From an archaeon (GTDB taxonomy: Archaea > Nanobdellota > Nanobdellia > SCGC-AAA011-G17 > GW2011-AR20): a stretch of 64,000 nt of DNA. Positions 26,063 to 35,896 of this stretch are shown piece by piece (the stretch's first letter is position 1; each line of letters begins with the position of its first letter). The stretch is taken from the NCBI GenBank assembly GCA_002688355.1, contig NZCT01000024.1, positions 39,717 through 103,716 of the forward strand. The letters are read 5' to 3'. The notes below the pieces were generated by a model. The model had not been told where the DNA came from. It saw only the letters and a list, made by a program, of their open reading frames with translations, and made no database searches. Position numbers and translations under genes: made by a program.

Positions 26063-27290
26063 CTATTCCTTTGTTAGTAATTTGCATAGCAACTATTTTC
26101 TTTTGATGTTGAGCACCTCTTAATTTTAATATTTCAATCGCATTCTTTCTTACATTACTTCTTTTAATATTGTATAAAACAATAACGCCATCAGCTAAAA
26201 ATTCTTCAACTCCAGTTTGAGAAAAAACAGTAGGAATTTGTTTAGTTTCCGTAATCAAAAAAGAAGTTGCTTTAATTTTCTCGAAAAATCTAAATAATTG
26301 TTCAATATAAATCCTATAACTATCTTCTTTTCCAGTAAACGCACTTGCTATAGCAGTTAAAGAATCTACAACAATAATATCTGGTTCAAAACCACCTGGA
26401 AATATAATTGGATCTATCTCAATTAATAATTCACCTTTTGCTTTCATTAACAAAGCATCAACAGATCTTGTAATATCAAATGGATTGAATCTTTTTATCA
26501 TTAAATTTCCATCTTTAATTAATTTCCTTGTATCCCATCCAAAATCTTCCATATGATGTGTTAATTTTTCTTCACTTTCTTCAAAACTCATATACAAACA
26601 TTTTTTTCCATTCATAGCATGATTATATAAAATTTGTAATGAAAGTATTGTTTTCCCATTTCCAGCGCCACCAGCAAGTAAAACAGCAGATCCTTTTGGA
26701 ATTCCCTCTCCAAATAAATCATCAAATCCAGGAACTCCTGTTCTTATGAATTCATCAGTCTTTCCTTTTATTAAATGTTTGCTACTATCAACAACATGCG
26801 TTAAAGGTTCTCTTTGTTCTTTAATCTGAGCTTGATTTTTATCTAATTTTCCTGTTTTTAGTTCATTTTCAATTTCTTCTTTTATTTTTGACATATCAAT
26901 TTTAGGAGTTTCTTCAACATTCTTTTTAGAAAGAGGTTCTTTAATATGATCTTCTTTAATTGGTTGTACATCTATTTTCTCTTTTATTGGATTTTCCTCT
27001 AAATCTTCTTCTTTTGATAATACGTCCTCGTTCAAATAATGTAATTTAGCCATGTTTATCTTTCTGACATTAACATTACCTTCTCCAACTAAAGCATGAA
27101 GTCTAGCAAGAACAGTATGTCTAGCAAGTTTTGTTTTATCCATAATTTCCTGAATAGTCAAACCTTCAGTATGACTTGCTAAAAGATCCTCTATTTTTAT
27201 TCGAGTTTTATCTTTAGTTTTTATTTCTGATCTTATCTTTCTTTTTGGTTTAGCTTTAGTTTTAGTTTTTCTCTTTTTTGGCATTTTCAA
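26025..27290 (-). CDS. HTH plus KaiC/RecA-superfamily ATPase (archaeal KaiC-like)
   Basis: Basic N-terminal tail, then a wHTH-like segment TKLARHTVLARLHAL. The ATPase part has GVPGFDDLFGEGIPKGSAVLLAGGAGNGKT (Walker A) and IIVVDS (Walker B). Confidence 0.7.
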   Translation of the reverse strand: MKMPKKRKTKTKAKPKRKIRSEIKTKDKTRIKIEDLLASHTEGLTIQEIMDKTKLARHTVLARLHALVGEGNVNVRKINMAKLHYLNEDVLSKEEDLEENPIKEKIDVQPIKEDHIKEPLSKKNVEETPKIDMSKIKEEIENELKTGKLDKNQAQIKEQREPLTHVVDSSKHLIKGKTDEFIRTGVPGFDDLFGEGIPKGSAVLLAGGAGNGKTILSLQILYNHAMNGKKCLYMSFEESEEKLTHHMEDFGWDTRKLIKDGNLMIKRFNPFDITRSVDALLMKAKGELLIEIDPIIFPGGFEPDIIVVDSLTAIASAFTGKEDSYRIYIEQLFRFFEKIKATSFLITETKQIPTVFSQTGVEEFLADGVIVLYNIKRSNVRKNAIEILKLRGAQHQKKIVAMQITNKGIVVYPEQEVFSEI

Positions 27291-27344
27291 GATTCTTCCT
27301 TTTTTAACACTTAAATCGTAGTATTTTATCCTTTAAATATCTAT

Positions 27345-27430
27345 TGATAGGCGTCTATCATATACATATATTACATATGTTTATCACATTCATATATAAC
27401 ATACATTAGTAATAGACGTCTATCATATAT
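27345..27430. promoter_or_regulatory. two copies of a 14-16 bp palindromic operator-like site, ATAG[G/A]CGTCTATCATATA, 66 bp apart and upstream of the HTH-KaiC gene
   Basis: Site 1 is 27347-27364 and site 2 is 27413-27430. Site 2 contains the perfect palindrome ATAGACGTCTAT. Both lie -57 to -140 from the start codon at 27290. Confidence 0.45.
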
Positions 27431-27480
27431 AAGATTTCCTATAGTAAATTTAAGAAATCCAAAAAAATAAAAATAATATA

Positions 27481-27882
27481 TTAAATCAAATTTAAAATTT
27501 CTAAAGTTCTTACTATTTTAATTCCCTTATATTCCTTTATCTTAAGTAAATGATTATCTCCAGAAATAAGATAATCTACTTTACCAGACAAAGCACATTC
27601 TAAAACCATATTATCACTTGGATCATCTTTTATAACATTTAATTTTTCTTTAGGGAAAACAATTTCACTAATACTAAAAATATTTTTTAATACATTATTA
27701 ATAACTGATCTTGGATAACCAAATTTTGGTCTTGACATTACTTCTTTAAACTCCTTTAATATTTGTAAAGACAAAATTAATTTTACCCGACCTATTTTAA
27801 CCAGTTTTAACAATTCATATTCATTTCCTTTAGAAATAGTAGCAGAAATTAATGTATTGGTATCCACAGTAATTCTAAGCAT
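27481..27882 (-). CDS. PIN-domain protein, a VapC-like toxin
   Basis: N-terminus ITVDTNTLISA carries the PIN acidic D. The gene is 133 aa and overlaps the upstream AbrB-type gene by 8 nt. Confidence 0.6.
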   Translation of the reverse strand: MLRITVDTNTLISATISKGNEYELLKLVKIGRVKLILSLQILKEFKEVMSRPKFGYPRSVINNVLKNIFSISEIVFPKEKLNVIKDDPSDNMVLECALSGKVDYLISGDNHLLKIKEYKGIKIVRTLEILNLI

Positions 27883-28237
27883 TTTCTTTTCTGTGTTCTA
27901 CTATCTCTTTTTCAACGTCTTTCTTAGTAACATTCCTAGATTTAGCAATTTTCCAAGTCTTGGCAAATACTTCTTCAAATTCTTTGATATCTTTTGCTTC
28001 TTTCAAATTTTTAATTCTCTTTAGAACAATAGAATCTTCTGTATCATAAACTAAGAATCGCTCTCCAGATTTTAACTTCTTTTCTTCTCTTATCTCTTGA
28101 GGTATTACAACTTGTCCTTTTGAAGTTAGTTTTGTTATATCTATATCCATTGTAAGAATAGTAAGATCATTCTTATTTATAAACTTTATGGTTTTTCCCA
28201 AACTTCGTAATGATAATATAAAAAAATTAAGAAGCAC
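27875..28237 (-). CDS. AbrB/MazE/SpoVT-type antitoxin
   Basis: LTSKGQVVIPQEIREEKKLKSGERFLV is a swapped-hairpin AbrB motif. Confidence 0.55.
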   Translation of the reverse strand: MLLNFFILSLRSLGKTIKFINKNDLTILTMDIDITKLTSKGQVVIPQEIREEKKLKSGERFLVYDTEDSIVLKRIKNLKEAKDIKEFEEVFAKTWKIAKSRNVTKKDVEKEIVEHRKENA

Positions 28238-28676
28238 AAGTCCCTTCTAAATTTCTACCATTACCATCATAAGTATATCCTGCTCCTGTCTCTGATTCAT
28301 TATATGTCATAGAAACAGCATAAGTATATGAATCTCCAGCTGTACAAGAAGCTATACTTCCTGTTAAAGTGGCTTGATCCTCTGGACCTAAAACATTATT
28401 ACTTGCAACATTTACAGAATTTACAGAAAATGTCTCAACAGTAATAGTAGTATCTAAATTATTTCTTACTATAACAGTATCAGTTCCTCCAGCACTTATC
28501 GCGTGGTTATCAATACCCACAGGAGCTTGACTCCAAAATAATTTACTTGCTTTATCACCAGAACCTTTACCTATTCCAGGAATTCCACCTAAAACACCTA
28601 CAACAATTAAAGCAATGATTATGACTACAGCTAAAATAATTAAATATTCAACAGCAGTTTGACCTTTTTTTCTCAT
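28227..28676 (-). CDS. type IV pilin-like protein with a class III signal peptide; candidate major pilin
   Basis: MRKKGQTAVEYLIILAVVIIIALIVV reads KG|Q at +1 and E at +5, followed by a hydrophobic helix. The gene has its own TATA-rich upstream region. Confidence 0.65.
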   Translation of the reverse strand: MRKKGQTAVEYLIILAVVIIIALIVVGVLGGIPGIGKGSGDKASKLFWSQAPVGIDNHAISAGGTDTVIVRNNLDTTITVETFSVNSVNVASNNVLGPEDQATLTGSIASCTAGDSYTYAVSMTYNESETGAGYTYDGNGRNLEGTCAS

Positions 28677-28793
28677 GATTATAACACCTCTTTATTTATT
28701 ATAAATTAATATTCTTGTATTTAAATCTTTTCATGTATATTAACAATTCTAATTTACAAAACCTATTTAAATCTTAATATCTATATTATAGTT

Positions 28794-29246
28794 ATGGAAT
28801 CCAATTACAAAATCCATGAAGTAATGACACACAATGTTACCTCAATAGATTTAAACTCAACAATTTTAGAAATTTCAAAAAATATGGCTGAAAAAGCGAT
28901 TGGTAGTGTTTTAATCATACAAAATGAAAAACCAGTTGGAATCATAACAGAACAAGACGTAGTTAGAAAAGTAGTAGCTTCTGGAAAAGATGCTAAAACA
29001 ATAAGAGCTAAAGATATAATGAGTAAAAATCTAATTTCCATAAATAGCCAAGAAGATTTATATCAAGCTGTTGTTGCAATGAGTAACTCAAGTATTAAAC
29101 ATTTACCAGTTATAGATAATAATAAATTAGTTGGAATAATTACTTCTAAAGATATTGTTAGACTAGAACCTCATTTAATTGAAATGTTAACTTTTAAATC
29201 AAGTTTATCTAATGAAGAAGCTAAAAAACTATTTGATAAGTTATAA
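28794..29246 (+). CDS. CBS-domain pair protein
   Basis: Segments GSVLIIQNEKPVGIITEQDVV and HLPVIDNNKLVGIITSKDIV. Confidence 0.7.
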   Translation: MESNYKIHEVMTHNVTSIDLNSTILEISKNMAEKAIGSVLIIQNEKPVGIITEQDVVRKVVASGKDAKTIRAKDIMSKNLISINSQEDLYQAVVAMSNSSIKHLPVIDNNKLVGIITSKDIVRLEPHLIEMLTFKSSLSNEEAKKLFDKL

Positions 29247-29291
29247 TCTAAAAACACAAAATTTATAAACACTACGTACTTAATACGTATC

Positions 29292-30071
29292 ATGATAAAG
29301 TTCGAAAAACATGTATCCAAAGGAAGTAAATTTAACCAAATTTACATACCAAAAAACATAGAAAATTTAATAGAAGTAGGAGATAAGGTAGAAGTTAAAT
29401 TAATAGAAAAGCACACAAAATTAAATTATTCAAAAGATCTAAAAAAATTATCAGAATTTAAAGAAAACTTAATAAAAAACATATTTTCCTTTTTAAGTAA
29501 TAGCAATATAAAACAAATATTTATAGTTGGATCATTTCTAACTGAAAAAATAAACTATAATGATATTGACATAGTTTTAATATCTGAAAAAACAAATAAC
29601 AAACTAGAACATTCAATATATGAAAAACTAATAGAAAAATTCAATTTAAAATTTCATTTGTTAGTTATTGAAGAAAAACAACTTATAAATTTATTAAAAA
29701 TATGTCCTTTAACAAAATCTATGTTTAATACTTTCATCTCAAATAAAAAATTAAATATTCCAATCGAAAGAATAATTGATAAAAACCACATAAAATTCTT
29801 ATTAATGATGCCTTATGATCTACTAGAAATAAGACTAAGCAGTAGAAATTTTTTTAACAATTTAAGAAGATTAATAACAATTGAAAGATTTCTAAAAAAT
29901 AAAAACCTAAACACAAAAGAAATAAATCAAGAACTAAAACATTTATTAAAAGATATATTATACACTAGAATAAAAAATAATGAAGAGATAGAATCAAACT
30001 CAATTAAATTTTTAAGAGAAATAATCAAATCAAAACTAAATACAATAGAGAATTTAATAAAAAATGGGTAA
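29292..30071 (+). CDS. AbrB-like N-terminus fused to a nucleotidyltransferase domain
   Basis: GSKFNQIYIPKNIENLIEVGDKVEV looks like an AbrB swapped hairpin. FIVGSFLTEKINYNDIDIVLI is a GS...DxD nucleotidyltransferase motif. Confidence 0.45.
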   Translation: MIKFEKHVSKGSKFNQIYIPKNIENLIEVGDKVEVKLIEKHTKLNYSKDLKKLSEFKENLIKNIFSFLSNSNIKQIFIVGSFLTEKINYNDIDIVLISEKTNNKLEHSIYEKLIEKFNLKFHLLVIEEKQLINLLKICPLTKSMFNTFISNKKLNIPIERIIDKNHIKFLLMMPYDLLEIRLSSRNFFNNLRRLITIERFLKNKNLNTKEINQELKHLLKDILYTRIKNNEEIESNSIKFLREIIKSKLNTIENLIKNG

Positions 30072-30378
30072 AAATAAAGATTTAGAAGAACTTACTAATC
30101 TATTATCAAAAGCATTAAGACATAGAATTGGATCTATTGTAAACGAAAACGAACTATATGCAGATAAATACGCAAAAGATGCAGAAGTACTTTTCAAAGA
30201 AGCTGAAAAAGTTATTTTAAGACAAAATTGGAATTCTTACGACAAAACAAAAATTAAGGAAAAACTAAAACCAAAATTAAAAAAAGAGTTAGAACAAAAA
30301 GATTTTCTAGATAATAAAAAATTTGATATTATGGATCATGAAATTAATAGAACTTTAAAAGAATTTAATCTTATCTAA
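30064..30378 (+). CDS. small helical protein, partner of the nucleotidyltransferase
   Basis: 104 aa, overlapping the upstream gene by 8 nt. Confidence 0.3.
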   Translation: MGKNKDLEELTNLLSKALRHRIGSIVNENELYADKYAKDAEVLFKEAEKVILRQNWNSYDKTKIKEKLKPKLKKELEQKDFLDNKKFDIMDHEINRTLKEFNLI

Positions 30379-31343
30379 AAGTTACTAACTAATAATCTTC
30401 CAATATGAAATATCACAAAACTTCCTAAGATAACAAATATAGAATACCTTAACCCAGATTGTATTTTTCCAGCTCCTATAACTCCAATTAATCCACTAGA
30501 TAAAATAGAAGTAACAATTAAAACAACAGCAGATATATTAGATAAAAAACTAACAGTTATTCCTCCATCGCTAGATAAAGAACTAAAACCAAAACCTACA
30601 TCTCCACTTATATTTATAGCAGAAACACTTTCTAAAAAATGTAAAGATATTGCTAATAACATAGGCATACCAATCAAAACAATAAATAAAATAAACATAA
30701 CATACGATTTTGTTGTAGTACTCAAATCTTTTTTTAAAGAATTTGTCTGAGAAATATCAATAGATAACTCTTCCAACAAAGAAGCTAATTTTCCTCCTGA
30801 TTTCATTGAAGAGGTAAATAATTTTAAGACTCTTGACAAAATATCACTCTTAATTCTCTTATTAATATTAATTAATGCATCTGAAAAACTTCCAACACCT
30901 AAAGCTTTAACAGTTACTTTATCTATTTCTTCTTTCAAAGGACCAAATTCAGGTCTTGCACTAACCTTCAAAGCTTGAAAAGGAGTCATTCCTGCTCTTA
31001 TATTTGCACTCATTAATTGTAAAAAATCAGGTAAGTAATTTTCTATTCTTCTTGTTCTATCTTCAGCCTTAAAAAATATTAACAAATAAGCTATAAATTG
31101 CACAACAATAAAAGCCAATATCCCATATATTAAAAATACACCACCAAACTTTCCATACAAACTCCAATTTGCTAATACAAAAATAACAAATAATAACAAA
31201 GATAAAAATAAAGTAGATCCAATATAATGTTCAGCACTATATCTACTTTCTCCAGCATAAGTTAATAATTCAGAAAATAATTCTCTATATTTTAACGGGA
31301 TTATCCTAGATAAACTTGTATAAAATCTAAATCTCTTCTCCAT
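30375..31343 (-). CDS. TadC/GspF-like type IV pilus membrane platform protein 2
   Basis: 322 aa with a T2SSF-like arrangement: TM, cytoplasmic helical domain, then two TM helices. It lies directly downstream of a paralogue. Confidence 0.6.
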   Translation of the reverse strand: MEKRFRFYTSLSRIIPLKYRELFSELLTYAGESRYSAEHYIGSTLFLSLLLFVIFVLANWSLYGKFGGVFLIYGILAFIVVQFIAYLLIFFKAEDRTRRIENYLPDFLQLMSANIRAGMTPFQALKVSARPEFGPLKEEIDKVTVKALGVGSFSDALININKRIKSDILSRVLKLFTSSMKSGGKLASLLEELSIDISQTNSLKKDLSTTTKSYVMFILFIVLIGMPMLLAISLHFLESVSAINISGDVGFGFSSLSSDGGITVSFLSNISAVVLIVTSILSSGLIGVIGAGKIQSGLRYSIFVILGSFVIFHIGRLLVSNF

Positions 31344-31344
31344 T

Positions 31345-32235
31345 TTAAATATTCAAAACAGGCCTCCTAGATTTTATAAAACCAATAATAATTACTTGCA
31401 CAATAAATGTTAAAATAATAAATAAAATTAAAGCACCTTCACTAATTCCACCACCAGCAAAATTACTTAATATAATCATTAACGTTAGCCCAATAGTTGG
31501 AATAGCAACAGCAAATAATAAATATAACAAACTCCATAAATTTAATTCTTGAGCATAACCTTTTATCTTACTTCTCTGTTCTAAAACTAATTCATTAATT
31601 ATTGTTTTTAACGCGCCTTTCAAACTAGCACCAGCCCTTATTGTATTAATTAGTTGCCACATTGTTTTCTTATAATATTCTGAACCAGAACTGAATGAAC
31701 TTTTCTCTAATGATTCTTGTAATGGCACTCCCGAATTAACATCCTTAGATATTTTTTCAAATTCCCTAGAGACTTCACCATAATCAGATCTTGCAACTAA
31801 AACAAAAGCATTATACACAGGAACACCAGAAGTTATTTGTATTGATAAATCTTTTAAAGCAAATACTAAATTCTTCTCTATTCGTTCCCCTTTTTTCCCT
31901 GTTAATATTTTTGGATAAGTAATTAAAACAAAATAAACTAATAAATGTATAAATAAAGAAATTAAAAATCCATATAAAATTGAATTAACTAAAGAAAATT
32001 CTCTTACGTTAAATAGTAAAAATACAAATAATAAAAAAAATACAAAAGCCAATAACTTAGCATTTATCCAACATAATAAAATATACTCTCTATAATTAAC
32101 CTTATTATCAATTTTCTTTAAATCATATTGCAATCCAGGAGAAACTCGTAACAAAATATTGCTAAATCCTAAAAATTTATTAGCTATCTTTTTACCAATA
32201 TTCAAAGGTATTAACATAAAAACAGGTCTTAACAT
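31345..32235 (-). CDS. TadC/GspF-like type IV pilus membrane platform protein 1
   Basis: 296 aa with the same architecture. The stop and the next start are 1 nt apart in different frames. Confidence 0.6.
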   Translation of the reverse strand: MLRPVFMLIPLNIGKKIANKFLGFSNILLRVSPGLQYDLKKIDNKVNYREYILLCWINAKLLAFVFFLLFVFLLFNVREFSLVNSILYGFLISLFIHLLVYFVLITYPKILTGKKGERIEKNLVFALKDLSIQITSGVPVYNAFVLVARSDYGEVSREFEKISKDVNSGVPLQESLEKSSFSSGSEYYKKTMWQLINTIRAGASLKGALKTIINELVLEQRSKIKGYAQELNLWSLLYLLFAVAIPTIGLTLMIILSNFAGGGISEGALILFIILTFIVQVIIIGFIKSRRPVLNI

Positions 32236-32277
32236 ATATCTATAAAAGAAATTATTTTTTATAAAACTATTGCATTT

Positions 32278-33329
32278 TTACTTTGAAATATCATAAATAT
32301 GTAAAATTTCTTCAGGAGATAATTCACGGTTATACAACGCAATTGAATCTATTTCTCCTTCATAGAATTGTTCTACTTCGTTTGAATCTATTGATGCACC
32401 GAAATTCCAAGGTCCACTAGTTCCATAGATTATATTAGGGATGGTAATTGGACCCAGCCGTTTCCCATTCACATAATAAGCAAAAGTTTTTCTATCTTCT
32501 GAAATGGTATATCCGATATGATGCCATTGATCTGGGGGATTTTCAGTATTCGGGATATCATATACAAGGTAAAGAGTATCCGTAATTAGAAGGTGAAAAT
32601 TATCTGAATTATACCAAAATCTTCTAGCCCACTCATTATCCTGATAAAAAATATAATCTCCTCTTGGTTTTACCCACATCAAAAGAGTTTCTTTACCATT
32701 AAGTTGATTAGAAACACTTTCTGGAACTAGTATTTTATCATCAATCCCATCAAATGTACATCCTTTGCCAGTCTTTCCTTTAACAGTACAATCTACCCCA
32801 TCTAATAGGTTAGCATCGTTTTCCTTAAAACTTAAATCTTTGCCGCCGTCTTCAAAATCATAAGCAATTACTAAACTTGAATCAAGTGCACGTGTATATT
32901 CACCAGTTATTTCTACGCTAGTGAATCCTTGCCCTTTGATAGTGTGTGGAAGATTTCTATAGGAGGGTTGATAAGTAAGTTCAAAATCAACACTAACGTC
33001 TTCCCCTTCTCTAATGGACGTATCTAAACAAGTTACTTTGCTAATTCCTTTCGACAGAGTATCACCCATCAAAGTAGGACAAATTATGCCATTTACAGAG
33101 ATACTATTCACAGTTCCTGAGTCGATGTAGTTGGATGCTAATAAAATCTCAACACCCCCTTCCCTAGATGTAATATCTTGACATACGAAAGGTGCAGCTA
33201 TGTTACAGATATCTGGTAATTTGGGACTAAAAACCCCAGGTAGAATAATGATGTTAATGAGATGAGCACTATTAAAATAGCCCAACCATAAGTCATTAAA
33301 AACTCCATTGCAGCTTGAGCTCTTTTCAT
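32278..33329 (-). CDS. pilin-like adhesin with a class III signal peptide and a LamG/ConA-like lectin domain, interrupted by a frameshift at a G4T5 tract
   Basis: The frame from ATG 33329 gives MKRAQAAMEFLMTYGWAILIVLISLTSLFYLGF and stops at 33198. The LamG body (track ORF, TTG 33285) lies in the -1 frame, with FDGIDDKILVP and ALYNRELSPEEILHIY. One extra G or T in GGGGTTTTT (33237-33229) fuses the two frames. Confidence 0.55.
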
Positions 33330-33330
33330 T

Positions 33331-35133
33331 TTATATAACTCTATCAACAGAGTTTCCTTTTTCTACGTTTTTCAACATAGAATCCTTATCTCTATAATAA
33401 ACATCCATCACTCTTCCAATCCTATCAATATCAAATTCTTTATTCTTTAATAACCAATTTAAAACATTTATTTTATCTTGTAAATCTTCTTTAATTTCTT
33501 GTTCAGTCATTCCAGTATGCAAATTTAATTCTTCCACAACACGTACACTATCATTAGCTTTTTCAAATACATCTCCCCTAGGTCTCCAACGATATAAATA
33601 ATTAATATCTAAATCTGTTTTACCTCCAGTCAATACTTCCGCCAACTCTAGTGTTCTTCTTTTATTACTTCTTCTATCTCTAAATTGCATTAACATTAAA
33701 TGTAAAGCTTCAGCTTCATTTTTAGGAATATTTATTGGAGGTTCTAGTAATCTTCTTTTCAATTGTAAAACAGTATCAGCATGCATTGTACTATACACAC
33801 TATGTCCAGTATGCATTGCCTCAAACAAAGTCTCAGCTTGTTTTCTAGTTCTAACTTCTCCAACTATAATTCTATCAGGTCTCATTCTTAAAGAAGAAAC
33901 CATTAAGTCCAACATAGAAATACCACCTTGCCCTTCTGGATTAGCAGCTCGACTAACCATACTAACCCAATTCCATTTTAATCCCTGAGGTAAATCAATC
34001 TCCTTCGTATCCTCAATACTTACAATTCTTTGATTAGGAGGTATAAAAGGTGTTAAAGCATTTAACACACTAGTTTTTCCTGAAGCTGTTCCACCTGAAA
34101 CAACTAAAGATAATTCATACTGTAAGGCTTGCCATAAAAAAGCAGCAATCTCTTTACTCATTAAATTTCCTTCTTTACTAATAAAATGTGTAATAGTCCA
34201 AGGAGTTCGAGAAAATTTTCTTATTGTTAAAGTATTTCCTTCACTTATTGGACTTAAAGTAGCTGCAACCCTATCTCCAGTTAGTAAATGTGCATCCATT
34301 ATAGGATTTAAAGCTGTAATTTCTCTTCCAACTTTTCTTCCAATTTGAGAAACTAAATTATAAATTTGTTCCTCATTTTTTATATTAACATTAGTTTTTA
34401 ACCAACCATATTTTCTATGGAAAACAGAAATAGGATATTTAGAATTATTCAAAACCAATTCTTCTATATTAACATCATTCATTAAAACTTCTATATTACC
34501 CAATCCATAAACTCTATGTAACACAACACCAGATAAAAAATTCAAATTCTTCTCATTTAGCTTAACGTCCTTCTCAAAAAAAACATTTTTAATTTGGTAA
34601 AATATTTTTTGTTTTAATTCTTTTAATTTATCTTGATCTTTAATATCATCTATACTTATCGGGATTTTATCCGTTAATTCTTGAGCAATTTGATTTAACA
34701 AAGCACTAGTTCCCAATGGGATTTTAGGAATTTTCAAACTATATATTGGTACAATTTCATTTTTCTTATTTAAAATTCTTATTTTAGCTTTAACAAAATC
34801 AGCTTCTAAATCATATGTTTCTAAAGGCTTACCTTTTTCTATTGCTGTTTTCTCTATTTGTTTACCTTTCTTCAAAATTAGTTCAGGATTAGAAAAAATA
34901 TTTGTAGGGTAATTAATCTTTAAAATATCTTCATTAGCTAATATTCTAGCCCAATTTTCAGTTTCCTCATCCCTAATATTTAATTCTTTACTTAATTTAT
35001 CTAATAAAATAATCCCTTTATTCTCTCTTATAGTTGAAATAATATCATCGAGTATTGTATGTATTTTTCCACTATCTTTCTTTTTACCAGAATAAACTTC
35101 TACTCTTTTTTTTGCCTCTCTTAATAATCCCAT
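33331..35133 (-). CDS. type IV pilus/archaellum assembly ATPase of the FlaI/TadA/VirB11 family
   Basis: Walker A GGTASGKTS, plus the ED/His-box region (IVSIEDTKEIDL ... GEVRTRKQAETLFEAMHTGHS). Confidence 0.8.
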   Translation of the reverse strand: MGLLREAKKRVEVYSGKKKDSGKIHTILDDIISTIRENKGIILLDKLSKELNIRDEETENWARILANEDILKINYPTNIFSNPELILKKGKQIEKTAIEKGKPLETYDLEADFVKAKIRILNKKNEIVPIYSLKIPKIPLGTSALLNQIAQELTDKIPISIDDIKDQDKLKELKQKIFYQIKNVFFEKDVKLNEKNLNFLSGVVLHRVYGLGNIEVLMNDVNIEELVLNNSKYPISVFHRKYGWLKTNVNIKNEEQIYNLVSQIGRKVGREITALNPIMDAHLLTGDRVAATLSPISEGNTLTIRKFSRTPWTITHFISKEGNLMSKEIAAFLWQALQYELSLVVSGGTASGKTSVLNALTPFIPPNQRIVSIEDTKEIDLPQGLKWNWVSMVSRAANPEGQGGISMLDLMVSSLRMRPDRIIVGEVRTRKQAETLFEAMHTGHSVYSTMHADTVLQLKRRLLEPPINIPKNEAEALHLMLMQFRDRRSNKRRTLELAEVLTGGKTDLDINYLYRWRPRGDVFEKANDSVRVVEELNLHTGMTEQEIKEDLQDKINVLNWLLKNKEFDIDRIGRVMDVYYRDKDSMLKNVEKGNSVDRVI

Positions 35134-35139
35134 TTTCTT

Positions 35140-35496
35140 TTATTCAATCTCAAACTTAGTCAAAACTTTTTCATATAAATGAAAGTCCTTTGATTTTGAA
35201 AATTTTTCAATTTCCTCTTCTGGTAAATTCCCTAATAATTCATCCATTTTCTCTAAAACTTTCTTAACATCTTTATTTACTAAATCAACCTTCTTTTTCT
35301 CTCTTTCTATTAATTTATTAACTTTAATTTCAGGATTTTTATTATCTAGTATAGTTTTTATTTCATCTATTAAATTATCATCTTGCTTTTTTAATTTAAT
35401 TCTTTTTCTTATATTAATAAATGTGAATACTCCAGCTATTATAATAGGAATTAATACATATAAAATAGTATAAACCTCTTTTTCTATGTTAACCAT
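35140..35496 (-). CDS. small N-terminally anchored membrane protein
   Basis: 118 aa with one N-terminal TM helix and a charged helical tail, 7 nt downstream of the ATPase. Confidence 0.35.
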   Translation of the reverse strand: MVNIEKEVYTILYVLIPIIIAGVFTFINIRKRIKLKKQDDNLIDEIKTILDNKNPEIKVNKLIEREKKKVDLVNKDVKKVLEKMDELLGNLPEEEIEKFSKSKDFHLYEKVLTKFEIE

Positions 35497-35656
35497 TAAT
35501 AAATTAGATTATTTACTTATTAAAAAATCTTGTGTTTATTTATAACCTTACATTTTTGTAAGTATTTCTATTCTGTAGGGTTACCTCCAGTTTCTAGAAT
35601 CAAAACATTTATATAACGTTTTATTATATTTTATAATAAATAATAAGGAGAACAAA

Positions 35657-35896
35657 ATGCCACAAGCAATAATAAAATTAAATGAACATGAAGATAGAGT
35701 GTTAAACATTGTAAAAGGTAAATATGGGTTAAAAAATAAGTCTCAAGCTATTAATCTAGTAATAGAAAAGTATGAAAAAGAATTTATTGAGCCAGAACTA
35801 AGACCAGAATACATTGAAAAATTAAAAAGAATACAGAAGGAAAAACCCATTAAAATTGGCAGTATAAACGATTTTAAAAAGAGGTATGAAGAGTAA
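35657..35896 (+). CDS. putative antitoxin of a RelE-type module
   Basis: 79 aa, preceded by an AAGGAG Shine-Dalgarno. It overlaps the toxin gene by 1 nt. Confidence 0.4.
   Translation: MPQAIIKLNEHEDRVLNIVKGKYGLKNKSQAINLVIEKYEKEFIEPELRPEYIEKLKRIQKEKPIKIGSINDFKKRYEE

Noticed and set aside
31341-31347. The two TadC-like genes being one FlaJ-like gene broken by a frameshift
   Set aside because: Each ORF has its own complete TM-helical-TM-TM layout and start codon. Split EpdJ/EpdK and TadB/TadC arrangements are known, so they are treated as two genes.
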